Shown piece by piece: positions 1 through 14,445 of a DNA stretch of 64,000 bases. Both the position numbers and the translations under genes were made by a program. This stretch comes from Utricularia gibba. Its lineage: Eukaryota > Plantae > Magnoliophyta. The stretch lies in the NCBI GenBank assembly GCA_002189035.1, contig CM007989.1:5394001-5458000 (forward strand), read 5' to 3'. The notes under the pieces were generated by a model. That model was not told the origin of the DNA, searched no databases, and worked only from the letters and a program-made list of their open reading frames with translations. Numbering within the stretch: the stretch's first letter is position 1; each line of letters starts with the position of its first letter.

Positions 1-29
1 TGTCCTAGGCTCTGACCTTCGGATGGGGG

Positions 30-518
30 ATGGCCAAGGAAATGGGGTCCCATTCAAAGGAAGTTTCTCGGCTTCAAGCTCAAATCGCGGCTCAGGATGC
101 CAAGATAAAGTCAATGGGGAAGGAAGGGAGCATATTGAGAAGCATGCTCGGGAAGCATACCCGCCGAGAAGAGGAGTTGCAGAACCTGGTTAGTGAAATG
201 GGGAAGGTGATTGATGATGCCAACTCCGAGAAAGAGAGTTTTAAAGTGCAACTCGAGGAAGCGGAGGCAGAGTTGAAACAAGCCAAGGATAACGTTTCGG
301 TCCTGATCGGGCGACTGACTGCGCTGATTCGGGCGAGGATAGGGCGAGAGAATGATGCTAAGCTGAGATCCTCCTGCATCTTAGTTTTTCGTGACTTGGT
401 GTTTGTCCCCCTGCTGTGGGGCTTTTTGAATATTTTTGCTGTCCCGGTTCGGGATTTATACCTTCTAGTTTACCCAGTTTTTGGCATCACTATTGCCCTC
501 GTTGATCTCCTCGTTTAA
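30..518 (+). CDS. Coiled-coil ORF antisense to gag-pol, likely the C-terminal part of a Retand-type extra ORF
   Basis: Heptad-like E/K/Q-rich stretch, downstream of pol and on the opposite strand. In-frame TAG at 6-8 suggests decay. Confidence 0.5.
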   Translation: MAKEMGSHSKEVSRLQAQIAAQDAKIKSMGKEGSILRSMLGKHTRREEELQNLVSEMGKVIDDANSEKESFKVQLEEAEAELKQAKDNVSVLIGRLTALIRARIGRENDAKLRSSCILVFRDLVFVPLLWGFLNIFAVPVRDLYLLVYPVFGITIALVDLLV

Positions 519-1488
519 TATGTTGTGTGATTCGCTGATCTCCCAGTGGGACTTCTCTGCATGCATACGTGCTAAGGGTATGACCCAGACCCCCTCGCGA
601 ACTGAATCGTTTCTTTCGTTTGGGTGGATCTTCCGCATCTTTCAGTCAAATTTATTCCGATTGTGTTTGCCGCTTCAAGGCCTAGCGGTGAGGACCCCGC
701 TTTGAGGCTTTTTTGGAGTTTACTCAGATGGTTTAGGAAAGTGAAGCCCGAATCATACCAAGGCTTACCTTAGTCATGGAAGTCTGGGTTTTGGTGATGT
801 CACATTTCGAGGGAATCCCCGAGTTGGTTTGTCGTGTCCATTATGGGCTTAGGCTCGGAAGGTTCGCCTAGGCTTTTGTGATCCAGGGGGAGGGTGTCTT
901 TTTGCCAACCCTTTGGTTGGGCTTTTTGATTTTGGTTTGCCTTAGTATTTCCTCATACAAGCTAAACCGCTGCTAGGGAAGTAGGTCGGAACCCCTCATG
1001 GGTTGAGCGACTTCTCCAATCCAAAAGGGCCCTCTTTTGGCCGAACCCCATTGTTTTGAACATGGGTGGATTTTCTTTGGGTGCTCTTGCTGACTCGAGA
1101 TTTCGACAATAAGGTCAATACTTAAGGGCTTTTCAGGGCTTACGCGTGCGGTTTACGGAAATCGGTTCCCAAATTGTACCAGGGCTTACTCTTGTCCCTA
1201 ACACCTGGGTTTGGGAGATCACATATATATACATCAGGGAAGCCCCGAGTTGATTTGCTGTATGCCGTAGGGAATGCCGATTTAGGAGATTACCTTGGGC
1301 TTACGTTACTTGGCCAGAGCTTATGGTTTAAATCTTTGAGGGTCTGCCTGGGCTTACGCGACTCGGCCAGGGCTTATGGTTTCGTTTACCCATCTCCACT
1401 TTGGAGGAATTTATAGGTGCTTGAGTGTTTTGAGGAAGAGAATACCGGATTCTGCGCAAACCTGTGATGGAGGTTGATATTGAGCCAG

Positions 1489-2786
1489 TTAGGTGTAGAA
1501 TTTCCTTAGGTGTGATGCATTCCACGACCTTGGGAATTCCATGCCATCTAACTGTTCTAGACGATACGCTCCTTTTCCGATCACCCTCGAAATCCGATAA
1601 GGGCTTTCCCAATTGCGGTCTAACTTCCCAACATGTCTCTGTGGTTGGATGCTTCGGAGCACCAAATCTCCTTCGGAGAATTCCCTTGGGTATACCGACT
1701 TGTTGTAACTCTTCTTCCTTCTTCTCTGATAAGCCCCTAGTCGGTTATAGACGCTTTGTCGTTTTTCTTCCAATAGCTCCAACTCTAGTTTTCGCAGGTT
1801 AGCATTTTCCTCTTTATTGTAGTGCTCCACCCGATAGCTTTTCAGGGTTAGTTCAATCGGGCATACGGCTTCTGAACCGTAAACCAATAAGAAGGGAGAC
1901 TCTTCCGTGGTTGTTCGAGGGGTGGCGATACGACCACAGCACCCCCTCCGAAATCTTCAAGCTTAGTCTTCATACCTAGTCTGAGCGTTCGGTTTGTTAC
2001 CTCCGTAAGACCATTGCTCTGCGGGTGATACACTGAAGTGAAGTTGTCCTTTACCGAATATTTATCCAGGAATGCATCCATTCTTCCTCCAGCGAATTGG
2101 GTTCCGTTATCGGTCACTAGTTCTTGAGGAATCCCGAACCGGATGAAGATATTTCTCCACAGAAATCGAATAACGGTCTCCTCTGATATTTTTGCCACGA
2201 CTTCAGCCTCTATCCATTTGGAGAAATACTCGACTCCCACGATGACAAATTTCCTTTGGCCTGAGTTTTGGGGGAACGGCCCCATAATATCCACTCCCCA
2301 CCGATCAAACAGGCATGAGAATGGAAGAGAGGTCAGGCCGTTTACCGGTTTTCTTGGTATACTTGCATTATATTGACATACTTTGCATTTTTTCACCATC
2401 TCGGTAATATCCCGCTTCATAGTTGGCCAATAATATCGGATTCTCAAAGCTTTCCTGCACAAGGATCGTATCCCAACGTGGCTGCTGCATTCCCCTTCAT
2501 GCAGATCGGTTATAAGTTCTTGAGAGTGTTTTGTCCCGACACACCTCAATAGGGGTCCATCTAATGATCTTCGGTAGATAATTCCATTTATCAGCGTATA
2601 CCTTTTTGCCTTAATCTCCAGTTGTCGGGCTTCCGCTTTATAGGGTGGCTTTTCTCTGTTCTGCAGGTATTGGATGTAGGGTGATGTCCAATCTTCAAGG
2701 AGGCTCAGCTGCGAAGAGATGTCGTTTCCTAATCGTTGGGTAATATGATTCACCGCCCGCAAAGTTACCGAAGGCTGATCCCGCAA
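1489..2786 (-). pseudogene. Retrotransposon integrase, frameshifted
   Basis: HEGECSSH...CKVCQ zinc finger, WGVDIMGPF, VTDNGTQF, YHPQSNGLTEVTNR. The C-terminus (WESPYRI...WNASHLRKFY) is in ORF 1489-1887. Confidence 0.92.
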
Positions 2787-2834
2787 TCAGATCGTCACGC
2801 TCCCTTCCTTTAATCCCAGAAAACCTGCTACAAA

Positions 2835-3466
2835 TCAGGCGAGACTGTCCGCGAATCCATTTTCCTCCCGTGCAATATGCGACAAAGTGTACTCCTTGAA
2901 GGTCCTTGCTAACTCCATCTTAGCACAGTATAGAGCCATCAGGGGGTCATGGGTTTCATATTCATCCGAATACTGTCCTTGTACTAGCTGTGAGTCCGTA
3001 TAAACGTCGAGCTCTGCAACACCAAGCTCCCTGGCAATTTTCATCCCTTCGACCAAGGCCTCATATTCGGCTACATTGTTAGAGGCGGAGAATAGGAACT
3101 TCACCGTGATGTAGATATGTTCTCCGTCTAGAGTTCGGATATCGATTCCCCCACCGGCCCGTTGTATGTGGAACCGTCGACGTACATTGTCCATCGGCCA
3201 ATGGTCTCTACAAAACGGTCAATAGGTCTGGTCATTTCGACCAAAAAATCGGCGAAAGGTTGGGCCTTGATCGCTGTTCTCAACTTAAATTCAATATCCA
3301 TCGTACTCAATTCGACCGCCCACTTGGCAACCCTTCCGGAAATCTCTGGTTGAGATAGGATATTTTTCAGAGGCTGATTTGTGAATACCACGATGTGCCG
3401 ATCTTGGAAATATGACCTTAACTTGGTGGCCGCCATCTTTAGTGCCAAGATGAATTTTTCTATCAC
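2835..3466 (-). pseudogene. RNase H C-terminal part plus additional RNase HI-like (aRH) domain
   Basis: SGRVAKWAVELS...AIKAQ (native RH/connection) followed by WTMYVDGS...SNNVAEYEALVEG...VYTDSQLV (aRH), split by a frameshift. The RT-RH-aRH-INT order is typical of the Tat lineage. Confidence 0.88.
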
Positions 3467-4700
3467 CGTAAACCGGTTTTCATGATCATATCCTCTACAT
3501 ATACCTCCATTGAGTTACCAATTTCAGAAGAAAATATTTTATTCACCAACCTCTGATAAGTCGCCCCAGCGTTCTTCAAACCGAAGGGCATCGCCACGTA
3601 GCAGTAAACCCCATCCTTGGTGTAAAAGGTGGTTTTCGGTTGGTCCTTCATGGCAACGAAGATTTGATGATACCCCGAATAGGCGTTCATGGTGCTCAGA
3701 AATCCGTATCCGGCGATAACGTCCACTAGCTTATCAATCCTTGACAAGGGGTAAGGGTCCCTTTCACAGCAGGCGTTGAGGTCAGTGAGGTCTACGCAGA
3801 TTCTCCACTTTCCCCCGGACTTCGGGACGACGACCGGGTTGACTACCCACCCGGAGTACTGGATCTCCCTCACGTAACCAGCTTCTAGGAGCTCCCTCGT
3901 TTTTTCCTTGATAATTCGGCATTTTTCCTCGGAGAAATGCTGTTGTTTTTGCCGAACTGGTTTTGCCCTCGGGTAAGTATCGATGTGATGCTCAGCAACG
4001 GACCGATCAATGCCTACAAAAATATCGGCGTTCTTCATCAAAAGTTCAACTAACCTCTCCTCGAATACGGTGTCTAGATTAGCACCAATGCAGGTTGCCT
4101 TCTGCGCATCTCCTGGCACTAGTTGCACCGACTTATACCCACCGGTTCCATTGCTTGTCTGGGAGGTTCCCGGGTTCCCTTTCTACATTCATCACCCTCG
4201 GCTTTTTCACGCAGGGGTCCCGGCAGGAAGATACATAACAGGACCGAGCAGTTGGTTGGTCAATGTCCATCGTGCAGATACCCCTCGATGTCGGAAATTT
4301 AATTTTCAAATGCAAGGTAGAGGGTAACATACCGAATTGGCTGATGCCAGGTCGCCCGAGAATGATGTTGTATTAGACCTCCGAATCCAGGATCAAGAAT
4401 TCCAACCTATCGGTTCAGCTCCGCCCTGCCGCTCTGAATGTTACGAGCAGGCTTATTTTCCCAGTAGTTTGCACGGCCCGCTGGTCGAATGCGTATAATT
4501 CCATGCACGCATGGCGGATATTTCCCTCGTTGGATGACGCCAGTAACTCGGCTACTTCCTTCTTCATGATGTTGCACGAGCATCCTTGATCATTAAGAAT
4601 CCTCCTTACTTTGGTGCTCCCGCATATTCCTTATACCACCAAAGGCTCGTTTCTTGTGGCTAGGTTGACCAGAATTTCTCTGTCGAAGAAGCTGATGTAT
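3463..4700 (-). pseudogene. Aspartic protease and reverse transcriptase remnant
   Basis: ORF 3463-4128 has WRICVDLTDLN, MNAYSGYHQI, MPFGLKNAGATYQRLVN and YVED in place of YVDD. Frameshifted protease fragments lie at about 4130-4700. Confidence 0.9.
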
Positions 4701-4791
4701 CACTCCCGATCTCAAACTTCTCCTCTTTTGGCTTCGTCCAAATATCTCTTCTGTGCTTTTCCTGATGTATCCATCTCGGTTCCTCCGGATA

Positions 4792-6332
4792 TCACATGGA
4801 TTTCCCGAATATAGTGGGGACTACCCTGCATTTGATGGGCGTTCCTTGAACTTTCCGGTACTCTTGTCTTCCTCCGGGACTCAATTCCCTGTTGGCTCTC
4901 GGATTTTCCCTCACTAGTTTTGGAGGGAACTTCGGATATCGGTTACCCTCACTCCTCAGATGCTCATTACGTCCCCTTTTTCTTCCCGTCACTTGTGTAG
5001 GGTTCCGTGTCGTGTTGTTTGTTCCCCCGTTGGCATGATATTGTTCAAACAACCTTTTCATTATCCGACAGTCGGCCGTATTGTGCCCTATTGTTTTGTG
5101 TATCTCACAATAGGCATTCGTTTTGGTCAATTCCACCTGATATACTTCACGACACTTATTCGACCGGTGGGCCCGAATAGGCTGCATTTCTTGCTGCAGG
5201 GCTGGACGGATCACAACACGGCTCTTCATTTCGGCCCTGAGGTCATCATCCACCCGGATGCACTTCATGATTTTCCTTAGCAATTCCCCGAGGTTTTTCG
5301 GGGGGATTTAGATAGTCTCTACCCTAACTTCGATGTTCCGAGGGCCCGCTTCATTATCTCCACCCTCTCCTTTAAATCCAGTTGGACGTCTTGCGCTTGG
5401 CAGTTGAATCGGTCGATGAATCTTCTCAAACTCTCTTTTTGGTGGTCATACCGAATAGACTATAGTGCTGCCTTTGAAGGTGGAGCTTCGATGTTGACAG
5501 CATATCGGGTAGTGAAGAGCAGTACTAACTCCTGATAGGATGCCACACTGCATGGTTCTAAGTGTTTAAACCAAGTCTTTGCTCCCTTTTGGAGCAAGCA
5601 AGGGAACAGCTTACACTTCATGGTTTCTGAATGTCGAACCATGGACATCCTCATATCAAAGTCGGTTACATGTGATATGGGGTCCCCTTTTCCGTCATAC
5701 GTGGGTAATCCGTCCGGGACTCTGAATCCTCTCTCGGGCTCTTCCTCGTCTAAATCGTCTGAGAAAGGGTCAAAGCACAGCGTTGTAGTCCCAGCTGCTC
5801 CCTCAACTCCACTCTTCAAGGCCAGAGCAATATCGGCCAGAACATCCCTCTCCTGGTGGATACATTCTGGTCGAAAACATCCCTGAAGCCCCTATCCTGT
5901 CTTCTCCCTGACGACATCCGTTTGTCGATAAGTCTTCTCCTCTCGCGGATCTGGTCTAACTCTCTCTTCAACTCTTCTTCCTTTTTTTTTTAAGATCTCG
6001 CCAGTCATGTTTTCCTTATCAGTTCCTTGCTCATATATGACTTGGTTGCGCCTTTTCCTTCGTAGTATCTCCTCTTCAGTTTCGGACTCAATCTCTGTGT
6101 CTGAGGGGTATTCCGGAACCAGGGGTTGCTTCTCCGCTCATGGTGTGGTTTCGGGTGTCCCCTCCTGGGCATTGGAGTTGAGGCCCGAAGGTGTCTTGAA
6201 ATCGGTGAGGATTTCCGTTAGAAGGGCCTTTAGCTGTTCCCTGCTGGTGATCATAAGGCCAAGGTCTTGTGCGTTGACGCTTCCGCCATGGACCGGGTTG
6301 GTGGCTGTGCTATTTTCCACCATGATTAACAC
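4792..6332 (-). pseudogene. Retrotransposon gag, fragmented
   Basis: ORF 5460-5819 has Retrotrans_gag motifs (LPTYDGKGDPISHV...CKLFPCLLQKGAKTWFKHL). ORF 4792-5283 has a decayed zinc knuckle (YCEIHKTIGHNTADC). Confidence 0.85.
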
Positions 6333-6377
6333 TCAGTGATTGACTCTCGTGCATTTCTTGAGTGGGGTTGTAGATCT

Positions 6378-6395
6378 GCCCCACGGTGGGCGCCT
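6378..6395 (-). other. Primer-binding site complementary to the tRNA-Lys 3' end
   Basis: GCCCCACGGTGGGCGCC (6378-6394) matches the 3' end of plant tRNA-Lys(CUU) as recalled, and sits 4 nt from the LTR edge. Confidence 0.85.
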
Positions 6396-6398
6396 AAA

Positions 6399-6902
6399 TG
6401 TTGGGGATAAAATCAATGTCCGATGGGGGCCGATTTTGGGGTGATGAGTGCAATCGGGAATATCACTCTTAATTGCGTTTTTCACAGTTGGTTCGGTTGG
6501 AATGAGAGTATGCGAAGATTTTTATGTGGAAACCGCCGAAAGACGGAAAAACCACGGAGCTATCGGAGCTAGCCGGAAAAGATTTCCACTAGACGGAGGT
6601 GGCCAAGAAGAGGATACAAGTTGAAGAGTTCTCAGAGTCCAACCTCCTTTTCGTCATAGCTCCTTCTATTTATAGAAGAACTCAATCTGACCGAATCCTG
6701 ACGTCTGCAAATGTCGGTTGCTTTCTGCACTTGCTATACGATATTGCTTTTCAGAGGATCACCGTCTGCACTACCGCAATTCGGCCACTTTTGAGACTGT
6801 GCCTCTGACCTGCAGCCCTTTGGTCGGCTGGCGCGATCATGTCAGAACATCTTTTGGCAGTTTTTCAGAGTCGGCTGATTATACTCGATTTGTACCCCAT
6901 CA
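6399..6902 (-). mobile_element. 5' LTR of the Tat/Retand element (504 bp)
   Basis: TGTTGGGG...CCCCATCA termini, adjacent to the PBS, and visibly homologous to solo LTRs at 30405-30922 and 32907-33438. Confidence 0.9.
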
Positions 6903-7825
6903 CAATAAAAGTGCAACTTTAAAAAAAAAAACTCAAATACCATATATTAAGAGAGAATCTCTTTCAGTAAAATCATATATATATATATATATACATTTAT
7001 TTCAGAGAAACATAAGAAGAATGCTTCTAAATTCAAATAAAAATTACTCATCCCATTGACTTATTTTTTACTGCAGAATATTCCTTTTTTACAAAGTAAA
7101 GTATACAAGGCATGATTCCTCTTAAATCTTATTGTTATTTCTCCTTTTCTTTGTTTCCATAACTCTGAATCTCAAAATATCTCTAATTACACTCATCATC
7201 AGTATTTTTTAATTACATGAGTCACTACTACTCTATTCTAAAATTGACGTGTGGCTTTATCTGTACATTGCACTTGCAACCTCTCTAGTTTTGTTTTGGT
7301 CTTTTATTAATGATGGGTATGGAGCTTGATTTCTCATAAATTAATAGGTTAGTTGTATAGACTACACCCCTAATCTCTTAAGTAGGCAAATGTCTTCAAA
7401 ATTAACTAACCATTATACGAATTTTCAAGAAGCCTTTTAGTATTGAGTAGTTGAATCATATAAACCTTTTCATCATGTTTTCATTTTATGTTGAATAGTT
7501 GAATTCATATAAATCAATTTTAAATGACACTTATTTTCAACTTAATAAGGATATTTTTGTGTGTCAAGTATGAGTTGTGTAATAAGCACATTGAATTTGA
7601 TAATGGCAATTTGAAAAAATATGTTTATTAAATACTTCCAATTAACAATAAATCGAAAGTATTCAGATTATTATAAATAAAGTTCTCTAATTTTTGTTCT
7701 TTTTTGGAATTAAAGTTATTCATGTTTTGACAATGTTTCTAAAACATTTTTTAAATAGGAGAATTGTTTCCAACAAAAGCGTTAGCTCGATGTTTGTGTA
7801 ACATGATTAACTTTTTTGTATTCGA

Positions 7826-7827
<2 letters not shown>

Positions 7828-7859
<32 letters not shown>
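7828..7859. repeat. (TTA)n microsatellite, about 11 units
   Basis: Read directly from the sequence. Confidence 0.95.
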
Positions 7860-8040
7860 GCGTTTGAACAGTCAATGGTAGAAGTTTACCGTTTGTCAAA
7901 TAGTTGGTCGAAATTATTCAATGATTTTTCTTCATCATCATACTAAAACAAAGAATACATATTTAGGTGGTTTCTACAGGCAAGTCACTGACGCAAATTG
8001 AACCCATTGGTGTTATTTGGTGTGCCGAATGATCCAGACA

Positions 8041-10396
<2,356 letters not shown>

Positions 10397-10492
10397 TGTT
10401 TGTTCTCCTTCCTCTTCTCTACCGGAAAAACTTAGAAGATCCGGCGGCGGTGGGCGGTGCAGGTAGCTCTACCTGAACGTCTAAAATGCCAA

Positions 10493-10717
10493 TTTATAGG
10501 AATTAGAAGGTTGGGAGTTAGGTTGGTAGGAACCGAAGCTCAGTCAAAGGGAAGAATGTTAGGTTTGGTGGTGGCCTGACTCAAATTGGATGCAATGCAA
10601 TGCGATTAAAACGCGACGGCTAATCAGTCATCAGTAATTACAAGCGCGGTACACGTGACACGTTGGCCACGCCCCGCGACCAAATAAAATTAGTTACGCA
10701 TTCACATTGCACCAACC
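10493..10717 (-). promoter_or_regulatory. DHS promoter: TATA box, AC/H-box MYB elements and G-box
   Basis: TATAAA (minus, 10493-10498), CCTACCAACC (minus, 10521-10530), CACGTG (10652-10657), ACCAACC (10711-10717). Motif matches only. Confidence 0.55.
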
Positions 10718-10856
10718 GATGTCCAATTTCAAGACCGGTTTACGTATGTGTCTGGGCCAACTTCCCAGCATCCGCAATAGAATAGGAATAATCATACCAC
10801 CAACAAACTTTGGAGATCCACTCGTGTCTCATTCTTCCTCTCCTGTCTTGTTTTAA

Positions 10857-11397
10857 GGAAAAATTTCATTAAAGCCATCAAATTTATAGTTAGATTTCAA
10901 TTTTGCCATCAAAGTTTTTTTGTTTCAATTAAATAATTAAATATATCAAAAACTTTTGATTTCAAATATAAATATAAACATTATTTTTTTGTAATTGAAT
11001 CAAACGATAATAAATCTGATATGAAACCCATGAAATATACATACAATTTCATTTTCATCATAAAAAAATTTATTCACTAAAAAACTTATTCATAATCAAA
11101 TCATTAAAGAAAATTTATTAACAATGTCAAAACTATTTTATTTGTAATTAAAAGATAAAAAAAATCAATTTTTGTATTAATTTTTGATGAATTTAATGAA
11201 ATGTTTTATTAAATTAGAATATATTTTAATAAAATCCATGCAAATATCAGTTTACATAAATAAAAAATGAATTTTATATATTTATTTTTAAAATTAAACG
11301 ATTTTCATATGTTGAATGATTTTAATGGAATAAAAAAATTGTGATGTCAAAATTGAAAATAGAAGACAAGTTTGAAGAGTTTAATGAAATTTGTCAG
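10857..11397. mobile_element. Mutator-like MITE (541 bp)
   Basis: Imperfect terminal inverted repeats of about 80 bp (AAATTTCATTAAA...TTTCAATTTTG(C/A)CATCA) and a 9-bp TSD TTGTTTTAA at 10848-10856 and 11398-11406. Confidence 0.7.
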
Positions 11398-11534
11398 TTG
11401 TTTTAATATCCACTTTTTGTCCATTGAATCACAAATAACACGATATACATACAAAAAATATGGGAGGGAGAGGAATTGTCAAACAGGCTAAAATATGCAA
11501 AATCACATGGTTAGACTGTTCGTTCGTCCGCCTC

Positions 11535-14445
11535 CTAGTTTCCGCTGAAGTAGGAGCGGATCACAGGCCTCAGCTTCTCGGAGAGTTTGATGATCCCCAG
11601 AAATATAAGCCTGTACACAAGAACCATCCCCAAAAGGATGCCCACATCGATCCACTTGGAGAACGTTTCAACCTGCCAGATCCTTGTCAGTATCTCTTCA
11701 CCGGTTATAGTGGAAGCTCCTCCGATTTGCTCGTTAGGGAAAACCAATCCTCGGAACTCGTTCTTGTAAAAGCCCTGGAACGCGTACTTGTGGAAGGAGA
11801 TGAAGTACATGGGGTACCTCCAGAAAGGGTCCGGCAGATCGTTAGGCAGTCGGAAGAACCCGCCGTTGAGCATCATGACACCCTGGATGCCGGCGCCGGT
11901 GATAATCCCCAGCAGGAAGTTGGGCACCAGTCCGGCCACGATCATCATCAAACTCTCCACCAGCATCATGCACGAAAAGAGAAGCAAGGCGAAGTATGCG
12001 AAGTGATCAATGCTCCTTTGGAGACCCACCAAGTAATAAGCGATCGCTCCGGGAGGATCGAGATCAGCAACAAGTATGGAGTCGATGAGATCGTGTTTCC
12101 GACAACGAACGCCGCCACGCCGTAGTGGCCATTGAGACGTTCCCGCTTGAATATCTGAACACAAGAACACCATGCCAAGCATATAAAGTTAGAGCGGGCA
12201 CTTGCCTAGGACATTAATCGATCCTCCACGATGAGGAATTACCTTCATGTCTTCCACAAACGAAGGGAAACCTCCGATCGCCATGAAGGTCAAGAACGCT
12301 GCAACAAACATCAGCATTGAGCCTCTTGCCTGCCACCAAACACAAAAAAGGAGGCTACAAATAAATACCTTGAATTAATTAAGCTTACTACAGAAAATAC
12401 TCGAAATTTCTTTAGTACAAGATTAACCACCTGTATTGATCCGTAAGTGTTCCCAATGTTGTAGAAAATTGTTCCCGCGCATAAGCAAAGAGCAATGTAT
12501 ATAGCAAGACGAAGCCAGTAGTAACCAAGATCGCGATACATGTTCACGAAGGATCGCTTCGTTAGAACAGCGCATTGCGTTATGAATCCAGCCTGTCTTC
12601 CCTTTGCATGCAAGTGCTTTCCATGGTTCTGCGAAATGAAAACAACGCAAGAACATACATAACTGCTCGCTTGTGTACATTTTAAATGAAGTTCATAGTG
12701 CTTTATGTTCATGAGAATCGCACCTCATTGCAAATTTCTGCCACTCGTTTTCGTGTTTCATGGTGAGCTTCCGAGTGCCGGTATGCCTCTGCAAGAACTT
12801 CGATCGCTTCATCTGCAGTAATTTTGGCTTGCCCAAATCCTTGTTCTATGTCCTGCTAACACAACCAAGAGAGGTCCTTTTCATTCATTTTTTTCAAATA
12901 GAAACCAATTATTCGATACATAAATTAACAACAACAACGATAAAATCACATTATAGATTTTGGGCACTACTCCTAGTCTTAATCCTGTCCTACCGAGTAA
13001 TTAATTGATGTTTATGGCAGCTAATCTAGCATAAGCCCGTTTGGTTAAATTACTAAGCTAAGCATCTTAAAAGGCTAACTTCTCCTCTCGTAGCCCACAA
13101 TAATTAATTAATTGACTTTCAAAGCAAATGGGAAAAATGGCCTTTCTTTGGTGGCCATCACAAGTTGCACCAAGCTACCAACCATTCAAAACCTGCATTC
13201 TGCACTTACCACATCGAAGTCTTTGTTGATGGTCTTGAGGAAGTGGTCCGATGGATTTCTCAAGGGAGGGCATGGGAAACCGTTCAAGCCAAAGAACTGC
13301 AAGGAATACACCTTAGAAAGTCAATGAATTCATTCCTTCATAGCCTGTAAGAAAACAAATCCAATTTTGAATAGCCTGTTGTCATAAAAGAGCTGACCTC
13401 ATTTGCGGACGAAGCTGGACCGAAGTAGATGGCCTTTCCGGAAGACAGAAGGCAGAGATTGTGGAAGAGATCAAAAACTTCCCCGCTTGGCTGATGGATG
13501 GAGAACACGACGGTGGTTCCATCCTGGCGAGCCAGTTGGGTTACATGGCTCATGACATGGAAAGATGCGGCGCTGTCCAATCCGCTGGTCGGCTCGTCGA
13601 GGAACAGAAGCCTCGGCCGTGTGAGGATTTCAATGCATATGCTGACTCTTCTCTTTTGGCCTCCACTAAGGCCCTTCACATTCCAACCCCCGATCCGGGT
13701 CTCCATCGCGCTTGTTAGACCCATCTCGCGTATCGTCTCCTCGGCGCGTTGCTTCTTCTCGGATCGGGACATGGATTTGGGGAGCTGGAGAAGGGCCGAG
13801 TAGTATACGGCTTCACGTACGGTCAATGTTGCCATCAGAGTATCGTCTTGAGTCACGTAAGCCTGTGACAGAGCATGTGAAATTGCAGTTTTTACCTTAA
13901 ATCAAACACTTGATTTCTTACCGAAGTTCCGTAGGCGAGAGCCTGTTTCTTGCCGTTAATGAGAATGTCTCCCTTGAGGGTGGTGTTCAAAGCCAATCGC
14001 CCTGCAATAAATTAGCTTACTCGGACGTGTTTTTCATCTAGATTTTGATTGTATAATCTAGCCGCCTACCTGCCAAAGCATCAAGAAGGGTAGATTTGCC
14101 GCATCCTGAGGGTCCCATGATGGCCAGCACTTCTCCCGGGCGGGCGTATCCGGTGAGTCCTTGCAGAATCGGCCGTCTGTCCTCCATTCCTGTCACAGTC
14201 CCCTTCTTCACCTTGTGGGGAACGGTAACCCATAGCTCACTCCACGTCAAGTAAACCCCATCTCTGTTTTCTTCACGCCGGGGATAGCCCTCCTCCAGCG
14301 ACGCTGCTTGCTCCTCCTTCACACCCTCACCAGGAGCTGTCAAGGACTTGATCGGAGAAGCATAGCTCTCGGATCGGTGATTGTTGGTCATCGGCGTCGG
14401 ATCTCGGCCAAGGATCCATCGTGTAGGGGTCGTAGGGGAATCCAT
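11535..14445 (-). CDS. ABCG: Half-size ABCG (WBC) transporter, ABCG11/petunia ABCG1-like; 1-nt frameshift in the last exon as written
   Basis: Exons 14445-14070, 14001-13922, 13862-13398, 13296-13210, 12852-12724, 12628-12431, 12329-12243, 12154-11535. Walker A GPSGCGKS, signature [21 protein letters not shown]. The last exon is 620 nt, one short of frame; the frame switches near 12050. Confidence 0.93.

Larger units (their letters stand above)
1..6902 (-). mobile_element. Ty3/Gypsy LTR retrotransposon, Tat (Retand/Ogre-like) lineage, degenerate; 3' end lies beyond the window start
   Basis: Minus-strand order LTR (6399-6902), PBS, gag, protease, RT, RNase H, second RNase H, integrase, spacer, antisense ORF. 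Many frameshifts. Confidence 0.93.

Noticed and set aside
6378-6395. tRNA-Lys gene
   Set aside because: Only the 3'-terminal 17 nt are present, next to an LTR; this is a primer-binding site.
7764-7946. ORF with a poly-Ile run
   Set aside because: It is a translation of the (TTA)n microsatellite.
11460-12125. 221-aa plus-strand ORF overlapping ABCG, and similar shadow ORFs at 13461-13803 and 16541-16909
   Set aside because: These are antisense shadows of GC-rich coding exons with no recognisable domain.
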